Positions 9,812-19,138 of a stretch of 64,000 nt of DNA are shown here, in pieces. The translations under genes and the position numbers were made by a program. The notes beneath the pieces are model-generated. The model did no database searches and was not told the origin of the DNA. It was given only the letters and a program-made list of their open reading frames with translations. Source of the DNA: a virus. The stretch is taken from the IMG/VR virus record IMGVR_UViG_3300029712_000001. One strand, written 5' to 3'. The first letter of the stretch is position 1, and each line of letters opens with the position of its first letter.

Positions 9812-10092
9812 AAGTTTAATACATCTCTTTAAGAGATCGGGTTATTAGCCTAAGCCTTGAAACAAAGGCTACGTTATTTAAGAATAGATAGTTACCTACG
9901 GATGTTTACCCAAGTCTGTAGCTCTAAGGTAAGTGATTAAACAGTTCTGGTATTCAGGAACAGTGTTGCTTATTCAAAACCTTAAATAACATTGGCGATG
10001 GGTACTTACAGGAGAAATCCTGACTTATCCCTAACGGGATTTACATCTACCAAGGAGACCGAAAGGTCTCCGAGGGGATGTATTAAAACATA
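9812..10092 (+). ncRNA. candidate structured RNA, class unknown
   Basis: Lies in a 533-bp ORF-free gap. Nested long-range perfect helices 9815-9825/10077-10087 (11 bp) and 9873-9882/9981-9990 (10 bp). Local hairpins at 9853-9870, 9892-9932, 9944-9961 and 10015-10042. Hairpin 10054-10071 is GGAGACC-GAAA-GGTCTCC with a GNRA loop. G-U pairs favour the + strand. Confidence 0.45.
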
Positions 10093-10128
10093 CGAATAGC
10101 TTTAAATATATTTAATAGAATATGGGAT

Positions 10129-10476
10129 ATGGAATTGATTTTGAAACAGAAGAAGAGGAGGATGAAGAGTATGACTGATGAGGAATTTGTATTGGATAAT
10201 AAGAAAAAGGTTGTTGCAAGAAAAAGAATATCTTATTTAAACAAAGGTGATAAAGTATGGATCGTGTCTTCCGACGGGTATCTGCTACACACGGACGTAG
10301 TTAGAGCCGAACGCGGATGGTCTTATGTGGAGATAGACGGGATTCTGTATTGGAAGCGAGGATTAGATGGCAAGCATCGTAATCGTAATAACTACATGCA
10401 GTTTGCCATGACACCAGAAGACGGTAAGAAGTATGTCGTATATTACCCGGAAGGATTTAAAGACAATGACTTATGA
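10129..10476 (+). CDS. hypothetical protein
   Basis: 115-aa ORF. Confidence 0.55.
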   Translation: MELILKQKKRRMKSMTDEEFVLDNKKKVVARKRISYLNKGDKVWIVSSDGYLLHTDVVRAERGWSYVEIDGILYWKRGLDGKHRNRNNYMQFAMTPEDGKKYVVYYPEGFKDNDL

Positions 10477-11492
10477 TGGTCCCGGAAACACATTTGCTAT
10501 ATAAGGAGTTTAATGGTGTGAAACGTCTTGCCATATCTTATTCCCAGATAGATACGTTTCTTACTTGTCCAATGAAATGGTATAAGACTTACGTAGAGGG
10601 TAAAAGGTCTACAGAAAAACAAGAAGCTACATCTTATGGTACGGTTATCCATAAAACACTGGAATACTTCTTTAAGAACGGAAGACAGCCTTCTGGTAAA
10701 GACCTTGGAGAAGCGATAAGTTACTATTCCTATCAAGAAGACATACCTTGGCAATCACCGGAAAATATGATGATAGCCATGAAACAATCTGGGGAGCTTC
10801 TTGCTTGGATTGTGGATCTGTTCAAAAAAGACGGCAATAGGTTTATGATAGCTGATAGTGATCTTAATCCCTGTGAGAAACTTATCAGACACGGCGCTAT
10901 AATTGGAGTCGAAGAAGATTTTGTGCTGCCGTATCGTCTTCCTAAGCCTGTTGATATAAATGGTGACGTTCATACACATGTGTACATAGTAGGATCGGTA
11001 GATCTTCATCTGGCTATAAAGAGCAAGAACGTAGTTCACCATTATGTCATAGATTGGAAATCAGGTAATAAGGTTTTTGATTCTAAGAAGTTGGAAACGA
11101 ATTTACAGCATCCTATATATTCGTTTTACATCTATAGAAAATATGGTGGGGTTCTACCAGATATGAACATCTATTTCTTTACCAGAACCAGGCAGTACCA
11201 AAAGGTTAAGATAGATGAAGAGCGTAAAACAAAATCTATAGAAATGCTAAATGACACTTTGTCTAAAATGTATGATTTTGAAGATAATAGTGTAAAAACA
11301 TTTCAAGCGTACATCCAGGGAGCAGAAGAAGCCAGGTATAGCAAGCGGCGCGCCACCCTAAGCCAGCCTGTTTCGCAAAACAAGCTACCCTGCCCGTCGG
11401 CGCTGTGTTATTATTGTGACTTTGGATTACATAACAAAAACGAATGCCCTTTCTCTTCAGATTGGGATCCGTCTAAAAAGATAAAACGATGA
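10473..11492 (+). CDS. Cas4/RecB-like PD-(D/E)XK nuclease with 4-Cys cluster
   Basis: N-terminal FLTCPMKWY plus C-terminal CPSALCYYC (a C...CxxxxCxxC arrangement, as in Fe-S Cas4/AddB nucleases). GSVDLH ... VIDWKSGNK (D / DxK) and QHPIYSFY (QxxxY). Confidence 0.7.
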   Translation: MMVPETHLLYKEFNGVKRLAISYSQIDTFLTCPMKWYKTYVEGKRSTEKQEATSYGTVIHKTLEYFFKNGRQPSGKDLGEAISYYSYQEDIPWQSPENMMIAMKQSGELLAWIVDLFKKDGNRFMIADSDLNPCEKLIRHGAIIGVEEDFVLPYRLPKPVDINGDVHTHVYIVGSVDLHLAIKSKNVVHHYVIDWKSGNKVFDSKKLETNLQHPIYSFYIYRKYGGVLPDMNIYFFTRTRQYQKVKIDEERKTKSIEMLNDTLSKMYDFEDNSVKTFQAYIQGAEEARYSKRRATLSQPVSQNKLPCPSALCYYCDFGLHNKNECPFSSDWDPSKKIKR

Positions 11493-11659
11493 AATACGAG
11501 GATGTTCAAAAGTTAAGAACGAAATACCGGCAAGATCCGGAAGTTATAAACGTAGAATACATGAGAGACGTTGCTGTAAGATGCGGGAATTTCAAGAAAG
11601 CGTTTGAGCTTCAGGAGAAGCTGGAGGATATATGGTTCAACTATTTAAAAGGAGTGTAA
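11489..11659 (+). CDS. small hypothetical protein (56 aa, below the track cutoff)
   Basis: ATGA overlap with the upstream stop and TAATG overlap with the downstream start; fills an otherwise empty gap. Confidence 0.3.
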   Translation: MKYEDVQKLRTKYRQDPEVINVEYMRDVAVRCGNFKKAFELQEKLEDIWFNYLKGV

Positions 11660-11982
11660 TGAAAGAAGATCTAATATGTGGAGTAGCGATCCTTTTGTAT
11701 TTAGTTTTATTATACTTACTCACGACAGCTTTCATAAAAACAGGTAGAGCAGTAGAGCGTTATAAGATGAAGAAGAAAACTGACAAAATCAAAGTAGGTC
11801 AAAGATACGAACATAAGAGCTACTTTGAGGATCCATTTGAAAGAGGCAAGCATGTGATTAAGATATTAGACATAAAAGAAGGGTACGCTCTATATGAGTA
11901 CGAAGAAAAACTATATATACGTTCTTCTGTGAGTCTTGAAGATATTGCTAAAATATATGTTTTAATTACTGATATAAAATAA
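11659..11982 (+). CDS. small membrane protein
   Basis: Start refined to MKEDLICGVAILLYLVLLYLL (TM helix); the track start at 11632 overlaps the previous small ORF. Confidence 0.5.
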   Translation: MKEDLICGVAILLYLVLLYLLTTAFIKTGRAVERYKMKKKTDKIKVGQRYEHKSYFEDPFERGKHVIKILDIKEGYALYEYEEKLYIRSSVSLEDIAKIYVLITDIK

Positions 11983-11988
11983 GGGATT

Positions 11989-12375
11989 ATGGAAAAGAAA
12001 GTCACAATCAAAGAAGGAATGGATATTTTTTACAAAAATGCAGGGAAAGGTATATGGGTCTATATTGGACTTTTTGGAAATAAAGTGCTATCCATTTTAA
12101 AAAACAAAGGTGTTATTGCATGCGAAAACGATGCTGAATATTGCGTGTTGATGGATGGAGAAGATCATTTCATAAGTATAGCAAAAGACATGAGTCACGA
12201 CTATTGTTGTGAGTACGTTGTAGAAAGAGCAGAAGCCTACAGAGACTACCCCTCCAAAGGTGCTACATGCAGTGTATGCCTGTTTGAAGATAATGAGAAT
12301 AAGGCAAGGGAGATGTTGAAAGAGGCGATAATAGAACTTTCAAAAAATAATATAATAGATTGTGATGGGCTTTGA
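11989..12375 (+). CDS. hypothetical protein
   Basis: 128-aa ORF. Confidence 0.55.
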   Translation: MEKKVTIKEGMDIFYKNAGKGIWVYIGLFGNKVLSILKNKGVIACENDAEYCVLMDGEDHFISIAKDMSHDYCCEYVVERAEAYRDYPSKGATCSVCLFEDNENKAREMLKEAIIELSKNNIIDCDGL

Positions 12376-13786
12376 ACTTAGACCTTACCAAAAAGAGGCA
12401 GTAGATGCCGGGCTTAAGTTTCTTACAGGAAGATCTAAGAAGCCTGGCATAATCGTAGCTCCATGCGGATGTGGAAAGAGCCTTCTGATATCCAAGATAG
12501 CACATGAAATAAATAGACCGACATTAGTATTACAGCCCTCAAAAGAGATTCTGGAGCAGAATTATGCGAAGGCCGTATCATTCGGTTCTGAACCTACTAT
12601 ATATTCTGCTTCATGTGGTATAAAGGAGCTGTCGGCTATGACTTATGCAACATTAAAGAGCATAAAGAAAGATGTAGCGAGGTTGAAGGATATAGGGATA
12701 GATACCTTATTGATAGATGAATGTCATTCAGGATATTCTCCTGAAGAAGGTTCTGAATTTATGGAGTTTATGAACGGGTTTCCAGAGGCGAAGGTGCTGG
12801 GCTTCACCGCCACTCCCTGCCGCCTCCGAACCTACAGTTCCATGCTGGAAGGAAACTATAGCAAGCTCAATATGCTGACGAAAGACGAGCATAATTTCTT
12901 CAAGAAAATAGTTCATGTGACTCAAATACAAGAACTAACCTCTCAAGGGTTTTGGTGTCCACTTAAGTACGAACGATGGTCGTTTGATGAATCGGCTCTG
13001 ATGTTAAACAGTACCGGAGCTGAATACACCAACGAATCTATTAAAGAAAGTATTGTAAGAAATGGCTTAAACAACTCTATCTACAAGCGCCTTCTTCAAC
13101 TTATGAACGAACGTAAAGCCATTTTGGTTTGCATGGATTCTATCGAATCATGTAATAGAATATCAGAGTTTATGAATGCCAAGATGGGAGCCATAACCGG
13201 TGTCGTAACATCGCTAACAACCAAAAAGAAAAGAGAACAAATTATATCAGATTTCAAAGAAGGTAAGTTGAAGGTGGTTTTTAATTATTCAACGCTTGCT
13301 ACCGGATTTGATTTTCCTGAACTTGATTGTGTGATGTTTGGTCGACCAACTTTCTCATATTCAACTTATTACCAAATATTAGGCCGCGCCGTCCGCATCC
13401 ATCCTGACAAGAAAGAGGCGCTGATAGTTGATTGCTGCGACAACATGAGACGCTTTGGTCGGATAGAAGACCTGACAATCGAGCAATTCCCTTCTAAGGG
13501 CTGGTGTATGTTTGCTGGCGATCAACTTCTGTCTAATATAAGGATGGGTGATATTATTACCAAAGACGAGATCCTTCGCCGGGCAGCCTCGCTTAAATCT
13601 GTGAATGGAGATGGTAGGAGAGAAGACGATCTTGACAGCATAATAATGTGGTTTGGAAAATATGAAGGAATTAGATTCAAGGACATACCGGTGTCGTATT
13701 TTAGGTTCTTGGCTGAGAATATGGCAGTAAAACCAGGAGACAGGAAAGAAAAGATTATCGAATATTATAATAGGATAAAGGCATGA
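12362..13786 (+). CDS. SF2 (DEAD/DEAH-type) DNA helicase with a DUF3820-like C-terminal tail
   Basis: RPYQKEAV (Q-motif region), APCGCGKS (Walker A), LLIDECH (DExH), GFTATPCR (motif III). C-terminal MWFGKYEGIRFKDIPVSYFRFL resembles the FGKYKG...Y..WL tail. Confidence 0.8.
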   Translation: MMGFELRPYQKEAVDAGLKFLTGRSKKPGIIVAPCGCGKSLLISKIAHEINRPTLVLQPSKEILEQNYAKAVSFGSEPTIYSASCGIKELSAMTYATLKSIKKDVARLKDIGIDTLLIDECHSGYSPEEGSEFMEFMNGFPEAKVLGFTATPCRLRTYSSMLEGNYSKLNMLTKDEHNFFKKIVHVTQIQELTSQGFWCPLKYERWSFDESALMLNSTGAEYTNESIKESIVRNGLNNSIYKRLLQLMNERKAILVCMDSIESCNRISEFMNAKMGAITGVVTSLTTKKKREQIISDFKEGKLKVVFNYSTLATGFDFPELDCVMFGRPTFSYSTYYQILGRAVRIHPDKKEALIVDCCDNMRRFGRIEDLTIEQFPSKGWCMFAGDQLLSNIRMGDIITKDEILRRAASLKSVNGDGRREDDLDSIIMWFGKYEGIRFKDIPVSYFRFLAENMAVKPGDRKEKIIEYYNRIKA

Positions 13787-14139
13787 ACAACAAGAGAAGA
13801 AAAAAAATATCGGATGTTATTAACAACGTAAATAAGTATAAAACAGATTTTGAATACATCAAATCAAAGTTATCGGAGTTGAAGTACAACATAAATTCAG
13901 CCAAAGATGATGTTGATATGATTTTAGATGAAGAGACTGAGGCGAGAGATAATATACCAGAATCGTTACAAGACTCAGAAAGATATTGGGAATCAGATCA
14001 GGCTGTAACTGATATGGAGGAGGTGGTTGATGACATGGAAGGCATTATAAATGATATAGATGATGTGATTTCAACCATAGATGGGAGCATTAAAACCATA
14101 AATGGTTCTATAAAAGTAAATTTAGAAGGAATAATGTGA
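13783..14139 (+). CDS. acidic hypothetical protein
   Basis: 118-aa ORF, Asp/Glu-rich, ATGA overlap with the helicase gene. Confidence 0.55.
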   Translation: MNNKRRKKISDVINNVNKYKTDFEYIKSKLSELKYNINSAKDDVDMILDEETEARDNIPESLQDSERYWESDQAVTDMEEVVDDMEGIINDIDDVISTIDGSIKTINGSIKVNLEGIM

Positions 14140-14172
14140 GTCTATAAAAACACTATAAGTAAAATTTAACAC

Positions 14173-14238
14173 AATACGCTTGTATTAAAGTTACACAATC
14201 TATATTTTTACGTCGTGTAATTTTAATACAAGCGTATT
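14173..14238. terminator. long inverted repeat (24-nt arms), terminator or operator
   Basis: AATACGCTTGTATTAAAGTTACAC (14173-14196) pairs with GTGTAATTTTAATACAAGCGTATT (14215-14238), with one G-T wobble and an 18-nt loop, followed by TTATT. Confidence 0.5.
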
Positions 14239-14259
14239 TTATTAAATAATTTAAAAGTT

Positions 14260-14997
14260 ATGATTTCTAAAGACAGGTTATTGTATGGAGTGGTAATCAG
14301 ACAGGACATTAAAACTTCCTTTATGTCATTAACTGGATTACAAGAGGCATATACAAGAAAAAGAGTGGAGATGGGGTGGAATGATAAGAGAATAGAAAAT
14401 ATTCTTTCGAACAAGGAGAGTGCAGAAAGGATATTTTATATTCTTAAAAAACAGAAATACATAAAAAGTGAAACCTTGAAAGAGTTTATGGATATAGTGG
14501 AAAACAACTCTTTGATAAAAGTAATGAAGTGGTATAATGCCTATAAGACTACAGGAAGAGGAACAAACAGAAATGTTATGTGTGATCCCTACATATGGGT
14601 ATTAGTCGCTATAGAATTAAATCCTATGCTGTATGCAGAAGTTACTGGATGGTTAAATGATAAACTTATTTTGGATAGAATAGAGATAGGGGATAAATAC
14701 AATACTCTTTCAAGGTCTGTATCAAAATTTGAAGATGTTGATTATATAGAAATGGCTGATAAGTTAAACTGGATTGTATTCAATAAACATAAATATGTTT
14801 TAGATAACAGAGCAACTCAAGAGCAGTTAAAAGAACTTGAAATGCTTCAATCCAATCTTGCATTTTGTATAGAAATGGGAACCATATCTTCTTTTTCTGA
14901 TTTAATAAACATGATGGGGGCTATATATAAGAAAAAGTGGGGATCAGGAGCAGTATCTTCTAAAAATATAAAATCTTCAAATAATGGAAACAAATGA
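14260..14997 (+). CDS. hypothetical protein (tentatively KilA-N-like DNA-binding N-terminus)
   Basis: 245-aa ORF. The N-terminal VVIRQDIKTSFMSLTGLQEAY pattern weakly recalls KilA-N; the functional call is low-confidence. Confidence 0.5.
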   Translation: MISKDRLLYGVVIRQDIKTSFMSLTGLQEAYTRKRVEMGWNDKRIENILSNKESAERIFYILKKQKYIKSETLKEFMDIVENNSLIKVMKWYNAYKTTGRGTNRNVMCDPYIWVLVAIELNPMLYAEVTGWLNDKLILDRIEIGDKYNTLSRSVSKFEDVDYIEMADKLNWIVFNKHKYVLDNRATQEQLKELEMLQSNLAFCIEMGTISSFSDLINMMGAIYKKKWGSGAVSSKNIKSSNNGNK

Positions 14998-15289
14998 ATT
15001 AAGGGAAATACTTAAATTGTATGGTCTTCAACATGATGTTGTTATCAACAAAAGTTCAAGAAGGTATTCTATTATCTTAGATAATAACATAATAGGAACC
15101 AATCACGACAAAGAGAGGGTGGTTGTGTTCCGTCCTATACCGGAAGGGAAAAACACATTCTGCATGGAGCGAGATAGGTTCTACACGGAGTTTGAAGAAG
15201 CTTTTGATGATGATAAAGCCATAGAAGCCGTAAGACAATATTTTGAAAACAATAAAACAGAAAGTCATGAACGAAAACGAAATATTTAG
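14984..15289 (+). CDS. hypothetical protein
   Basis: 101-aa ORF. Confidence 0.5.
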   Translation: METNELREILKLYGLQHDVVINKSSRRYSIILDNNIIGTNHDKERVVVFRPIPEGKNTFCMERDRFYTEFEEAFDDDKAIEAVRQYFENNKTESHERKRNI

Positions 15290-15608
15290 ATTAAAGGGCA
15301 GAATAGCCATATCCAACCTATCACGTGAGGACAAGGATATGATAAATAGCATCCTTGATGGTATCAATAAAAAGGATGAAGAAGAAAAAGGATATCTCTA
15401 TACCGTGAGAGTAAAACTAAACAACGGAAGGGTTGTGCATGCTACTTTATTTTTTAAAGACAAGAAAGGCCCTACATTTGAAGATTTAAAGAAGGAGCTT
15501 GATGACATGGGAGTTAAAAATGATAGTTATAGCAATAACGGCATAATTATCATTAACCGCATTGTCATGAGCGGAGAAGAATTTGACCGCTTTGCAAAAG
15601 AAAAATGA
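15243..15608 (+). CDS. hypothetical protein
   Basis: 121-aa ORF; the internal Met at 15267 would reduce the overlap. Confidence 0.5.
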   Translation: MKTIKQKVMNENEIFRLKGRIAISNLSREDKDMINSILDGINKKDEEEKGYLYTVRVKLNNGRVVHATLFFKDKKGPTFEDLKKELDDMGVKNDSYSNNGIIIINRIVMSGEEFDRFAKEK

Positions 15609-15652
15609 TGGACTATATTATTATATCAAATAATTAAAACAACGATAAAACA

Positions 15653-16210
15653 ATGGAAAAGATGGACAATAATACTAAAAACATCCTTTATCCAAAAGGA
15701 TCTATTTTTCGCATGTTGGAAAGTGATGTAATCAGTTCCGAATTAGAAATAGCCAGAGGAGCTATAGTGGAGGCAGTATCAGACATAGAGGTAGATGATG
15801 AATATGCTGAGGTTTGTTGCAATGGAGAGACGTTTATCGTAGGAACGGACATTATGGGTATTATTCCTGTCAAAGTATCCAGAGAAAACAAATCGGTGAA
15901 AAATGACATCATTGATGATAAACTACGATGGGATTTGCTTCCAATGGAAGAGATTGAGGACATTGTAAAAGTCTATCATGCCGGAGCCAAAAAGTACGAT
16001 CCTAATACTTGGCAGAACCTTGACAACGGGTTTGAACGGTACCGTGCTGCGATGTTTCGACACCTGATGGAATACATGAAAGGGGAAAGAATAGACTCAG
16101 ATACAGGATGTTTTCATCTTGCACAATGTGCATGGAACTGTATAGCTATGCTGTGGTATGACAAGCATGGAAAAGGGTTGATACCATTAAACAAGGAGGA
16201 AAAGAAATGA
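15653..16210 (+). CDS. DUF5664-like (dATP/dGTP pyrophosphohydrolase-type) domain protein
   Basis: LRWDLLPMEEIEDIVKVYHAGAKKYDPNTWQN...YRAAMFRHLMEYMKGERIDSDTGCFHLAQCAWNCIAMLW follows the conserved RWDL.P...GA.KY..NW...RH...GE.D..G..HLA pattern of that phage family. Confidence 0.6.
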   Translation: MEKMDNNTKNILYPKGSIFRMLESDVISSELEIARGAIVEAVSDIEVDDEYAEVCCNGETFIVGTDIMGIIPVKVSRENKSVKNDIIDDKLRWDLLPMEEIEDIVKVYHAGAKKYDPNTWQNLDNGFERYRAAMFRHLMEYMKGERIDSDTGCFHLAQCAWNCIAMLWYDKHGKGLIPLNKEEKK

Positions 16211-16515
16211 CAATAGAACAACTAAATTATTTATTAAGAAACGAGCTTTATGCTATAAAAAATCATAAAGACAATATTGATAGAATCAAAAAAGAATATT
16301 TTGATTCCAATTATGGGTTAAAAGAAGGAGATAAGATCCGTATTTTACACGAAACAGGAGATGAAATGATAGGCTTCTTGAAAAAAGTTGAAGTATGTGA
16401 AGACGGAGATCTGTACTTGACAATCCAAAAACAAAACGAAAAAGGTGACAGAGGCAGAAGAACATGGAATATGTATCTATCATCAAAATCAATTAAAATT
16501 GAAAAATGTGTATAA
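16207..16515 (+). CDS. hypothetical protein
   Basis: 102-aa ORF with an AGGAGG Shine-Dalgarno upstream. Confidence 0.55.
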   Translation: MTIEQLNYLLRNELYAIKNHKDNIDRIKKEYFDSNYGLKEGDKIRILHETGDEMIGFLKKVEVCEDGDLYLTIQKQNEKGDRGRRTWNMYLSSKSIKIEKCV

Positions 16516-16519
16516 TGCC

Positions 16520-17695
16520 ATGAGAGTGTTAAGTTTATTTGACGGAATGTCATGTGGTCAAATAGCGTTAAAAGAAATAGGGATTACACCTGAAGTATAT
16601 TATGCATCAGAAATAGATAAGTTTGCTATTAAACAAACGCAATTAAATTTCCCTAATACGATACAAGTAGGAGATGTAAGGGATTTGAATGTAGAAGATC
16701 TTGGACACATAGATCTTATTTTAGCCGGCAGCCCATGTACGGATATGTCCTTTTCTGGAAAAAGAAAAGGGTTGTCTACCGTAGAAGGAATAGAAATCAA
16801 ATCACTTAATGAGTATCTTGAATTAAAAAAACAAGGATTTGAGTTTTCCGGTCAGTCTTACTTATTCTGGGAGTTTATCCGTATTTTGAATGATGTAAGA
16901 AAAACTAATCCCGATGTGTTGTTTCTTCTTGAGAACGTTAAGATGGGAAAGAAATGGGAGCCGGTATTTGATGATGCTATAGGGTGTAAAGGCAATCATA
17001 TTAATTCAGCACTTGTTTCCGCTCAAACCAGGAAACGTATTTATTGGACTAATATTCAAGGCGGCATTATCCCTCAGCCTAAAGACGAGGGTTTGACCAT
17101 AAGTGATATATCTGAATATGAAGTAGATGAAAAATATTACTTATCTGAAAAAGTTTTAAACAATTTAGCTTTTCACTTGAAAAGAAATCACGACAAGGGA
17201 AATTATTATGGAGCTAATATTAAAACAAAAGATGAAAAATCCAATACTGTTACCGTAAAGGGTAAATACATGTACGATCTTATTTGTATAGCAATGAGAG
17301 GCAGGAATCCAGAAAAACCTACATGTAGAGAATCTGGTCTTAAAACAGTTCAGATGATTGAATTTAAAAACGATGGAAAAACCAATTGTCTCACAACAGT
17401 TCAGAAAGATAATCTTATTTTCCAAATACCAAGAGGATTTAACAAAGGTGGATTTCATGAAGATAAGGCTCCAACATTATCTTGTAATTCATATGATAGA
17501 AACAATTTTATCATACAGAGAGCATTACATGGAGATTTCAGAATAAGAAGATTAACCCCTACAGAGTGCTCCAGGTTACAGACTGTACCAGATTGGTATA
17601 AATGGGAATGCAGCGAAACCCAACAGTACAAGATGTTGGGAAACGGATGGACTATTAAAGTGATTGAACATATACTTAAAAGAATAAAAGAATAA
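16520..17695 (+). CDS. dcm: DNA (cytosine-5)-methyltransferase
   Basis: Start refined to MRVLSLFDGMSCG (motif I). GSPCTDMSFSGK (motif IV, PC), LLENVK (VI), QTRKRIYW (VIII), RRLTPTECSRLQTVPDWY (IX), LGNGWT (X). Confidence 0.9.
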   Translation: MRVLSLFDGMSCGQIALKEIGITPEVYYASEIDKFAIKQTQLNFPNTIQVGDVRDLNVEDLGHIDLILAGSPCTDMSFSGKRKGLSTVEGIEIKSLNEYLELKKQGFEFSGQSYLFWEFIRILNDVRKTNPDVLFLLENVKMGKKWEPVFDDAIGCKGNHINSALVSAQTRKRIYWTNIQGGIIPQPKDEGLTISDISEYEVDEKYYLSEKVLNNLAFHLKRNHDKGNYYGANIKTKDEKSNTVTVKGKYMYDLICIAMRGRNPEKPTCRESGLKTVQMIEFKNDGKTNCLTTVQKDNLIFQIPRGFNKGGFHEDKAPTLSCNSYDRNNFIIQRALHGDFRIRRLTPTECSRLQTVPDWYKWECSETQQYKMLGNGWTIKVIEHILKRIKE

Positions 17696-18237
17696 TGATT
17701 AGAACAAGATTTTACATTAAAAAATCCGACTGCGATAACGACTGCCGTCCAGTCAAATGGCCTATAAAATATCCATATTGGTGTAGTGGTGAATCCGATG
17801 ATTCATTCATACTTGTAGCGTATGCCGAAGACGAAGACAGCATAAAAGAGCTGTGGCCGGAAGCATACGATATTAATGTCTTAGAAAAAGATACTGAGGT
17901 TAAATTCACATTAAGATTTCCTAAGCCTAAATGGTATGAATTGCAAGAAGAGAGATTAGAAGAGTATGATAAATTATATGGTAAATTCGTATGGGTTACG
18001 GACATGTGTCTAAAAGATGGGAAAATAAGAAAGGTAAAAGCCAGAATAGAAGATTGTGGTGGTCTTTTATTAGCCGACACTCCTGGTCGTTACACCCCTT
18101 ATCAGATAGGGGATTGTGCTTTTGAAAGCAAGGAAGAGGCTTTAAAACATGCAGAGGAACAGAGAACGGATTTAATTAAGTCTCTTAGGTTACAAATACT
18201 CGAACTTGAAAATCTAAAATTCGAATACGATGATTAA
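17695..18237 (+). CDS. hypothetical protein
   Basis: 180-aa ORF. Confidence 0.6.
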   Translation: MIRTRFYIKKSDCDNDCRPVKWPIKYPYWCSGESDDSFILVAYAEDEDSIKELWPEAYDINVLEKDTEVKFTLRFPKPKWYELQEERLEEYDKLYGKFVWVTDMCLKDGKIRKVKARIEDCGGLLLADTPGRYTPYQIGDCAFESKEEALKHAEEQRTDLIKSLRLQILELENLKFEYDD

Positions 18238-18943
18238 TTACGCGGCAAAAGCCAGAAAAGCTTATTTGATAAACAATTTCGATAAGATTCTTAACAGTCT
18301 CAACACGCTTCATTCAACGGTTGAGACCATGACGTTATTCGTAAACGACCAGGCTTATAATTACATTCTTAAGCTGAAGGAAGTAATTAAGGGTGGTCCT
18401 ATGTACAGACATAATGTCAAACGATTCTTGAATGACATGGACAAAGAGATAAAGAGGTACAATGCTTCTATCTACTACATAAATAAAGAGCGTAGTGAGG
18501 TTATAGCTGATATAACACAAGCGATGGAAGATTGCCTCATGCCATACATAGACGACCTGGCCGGCGCTATAAGGGCAGCCGTGTGGTCGAGGGGTGTGTC
18601 CGAGGAGCGGACGGAAGCGGCGGTACTGTCCCTAATCGTATCCTCCTTGGCCATGACATCAGGCAGACTTATTTCAGGTGGATATCAGATCATGAAAGAA
18701 ATGGGTGGTGGCTGGGGTGGTAATCCATTTACGTTTATGAGCATTGATAAGATAAGACACTTATCTACATCATTATCTGATGCTACTACCGGTGGGGAAA
18801 TAGCTCTTGAAGAAAAAGAAGCCAATGACATAACTAAGGCAATGGATATTTTTATTGAGAAAATGTCTGATTCGGATATTGTTGATAAGGTGATCAGCAT
18901 ACTTGAAGAGGCTGAATCTAAAAATAAGGAGGAGCGATCGTGA
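18230..18943 (+). CDS. hypothetical protein
   Basis: 237-aa ORF. Confidence 0.6.
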   Translation: MINYAAKARKAYLINNFDKILNSLNTLHSTVETMTLFVNDQAYNYILKLKEVIKGGPMYRHNVKRFLNDMDKEIKRYNASIYYINKERSEVIADITQAMEDCLMPYIDDLAGAIRAAVWSRGVSEERTEAAVLSLIVSSLAMTSGRLISGGYQIMKEMGGGWGGNPFTFMSIDKIRHLSTSLSDATTGGEIALEEKEANDITKAMDIFIEKMSDSDIVDKVISILEEAESKNKEERS

Positions 18944-19131
18944 ATTATTTGGATGGGTATGTAGAAGAAGTTCTTTCTGAGCCGTACTATGATGATTACG
19001 GATCTGGGATTTTTAGGTGGTGGGTGAAAGTATCTTACGTTTGCGAAGGCATAGGAGCTGTCACTACCTTAATGTTTGATACGAGAGAAGAAGCGGAGAC
19101 AGTAAAACCAGGTTACAAATTTTTATGCTGA
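18940..19131 (+). CDS. small hypothetical protein
   Basis: 63-aa ORF, GTG start with an AGGAGG Shine-Dalgarno. Confidence 0.45.
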   Translation: MNYLDGYVEEVLSEPYYDDYGSGIFRWWVKVSYVCEGIGAVTTLMFDTREEAETVKPGYKFLC

Positions 19132-19138
19132 AAATAAT

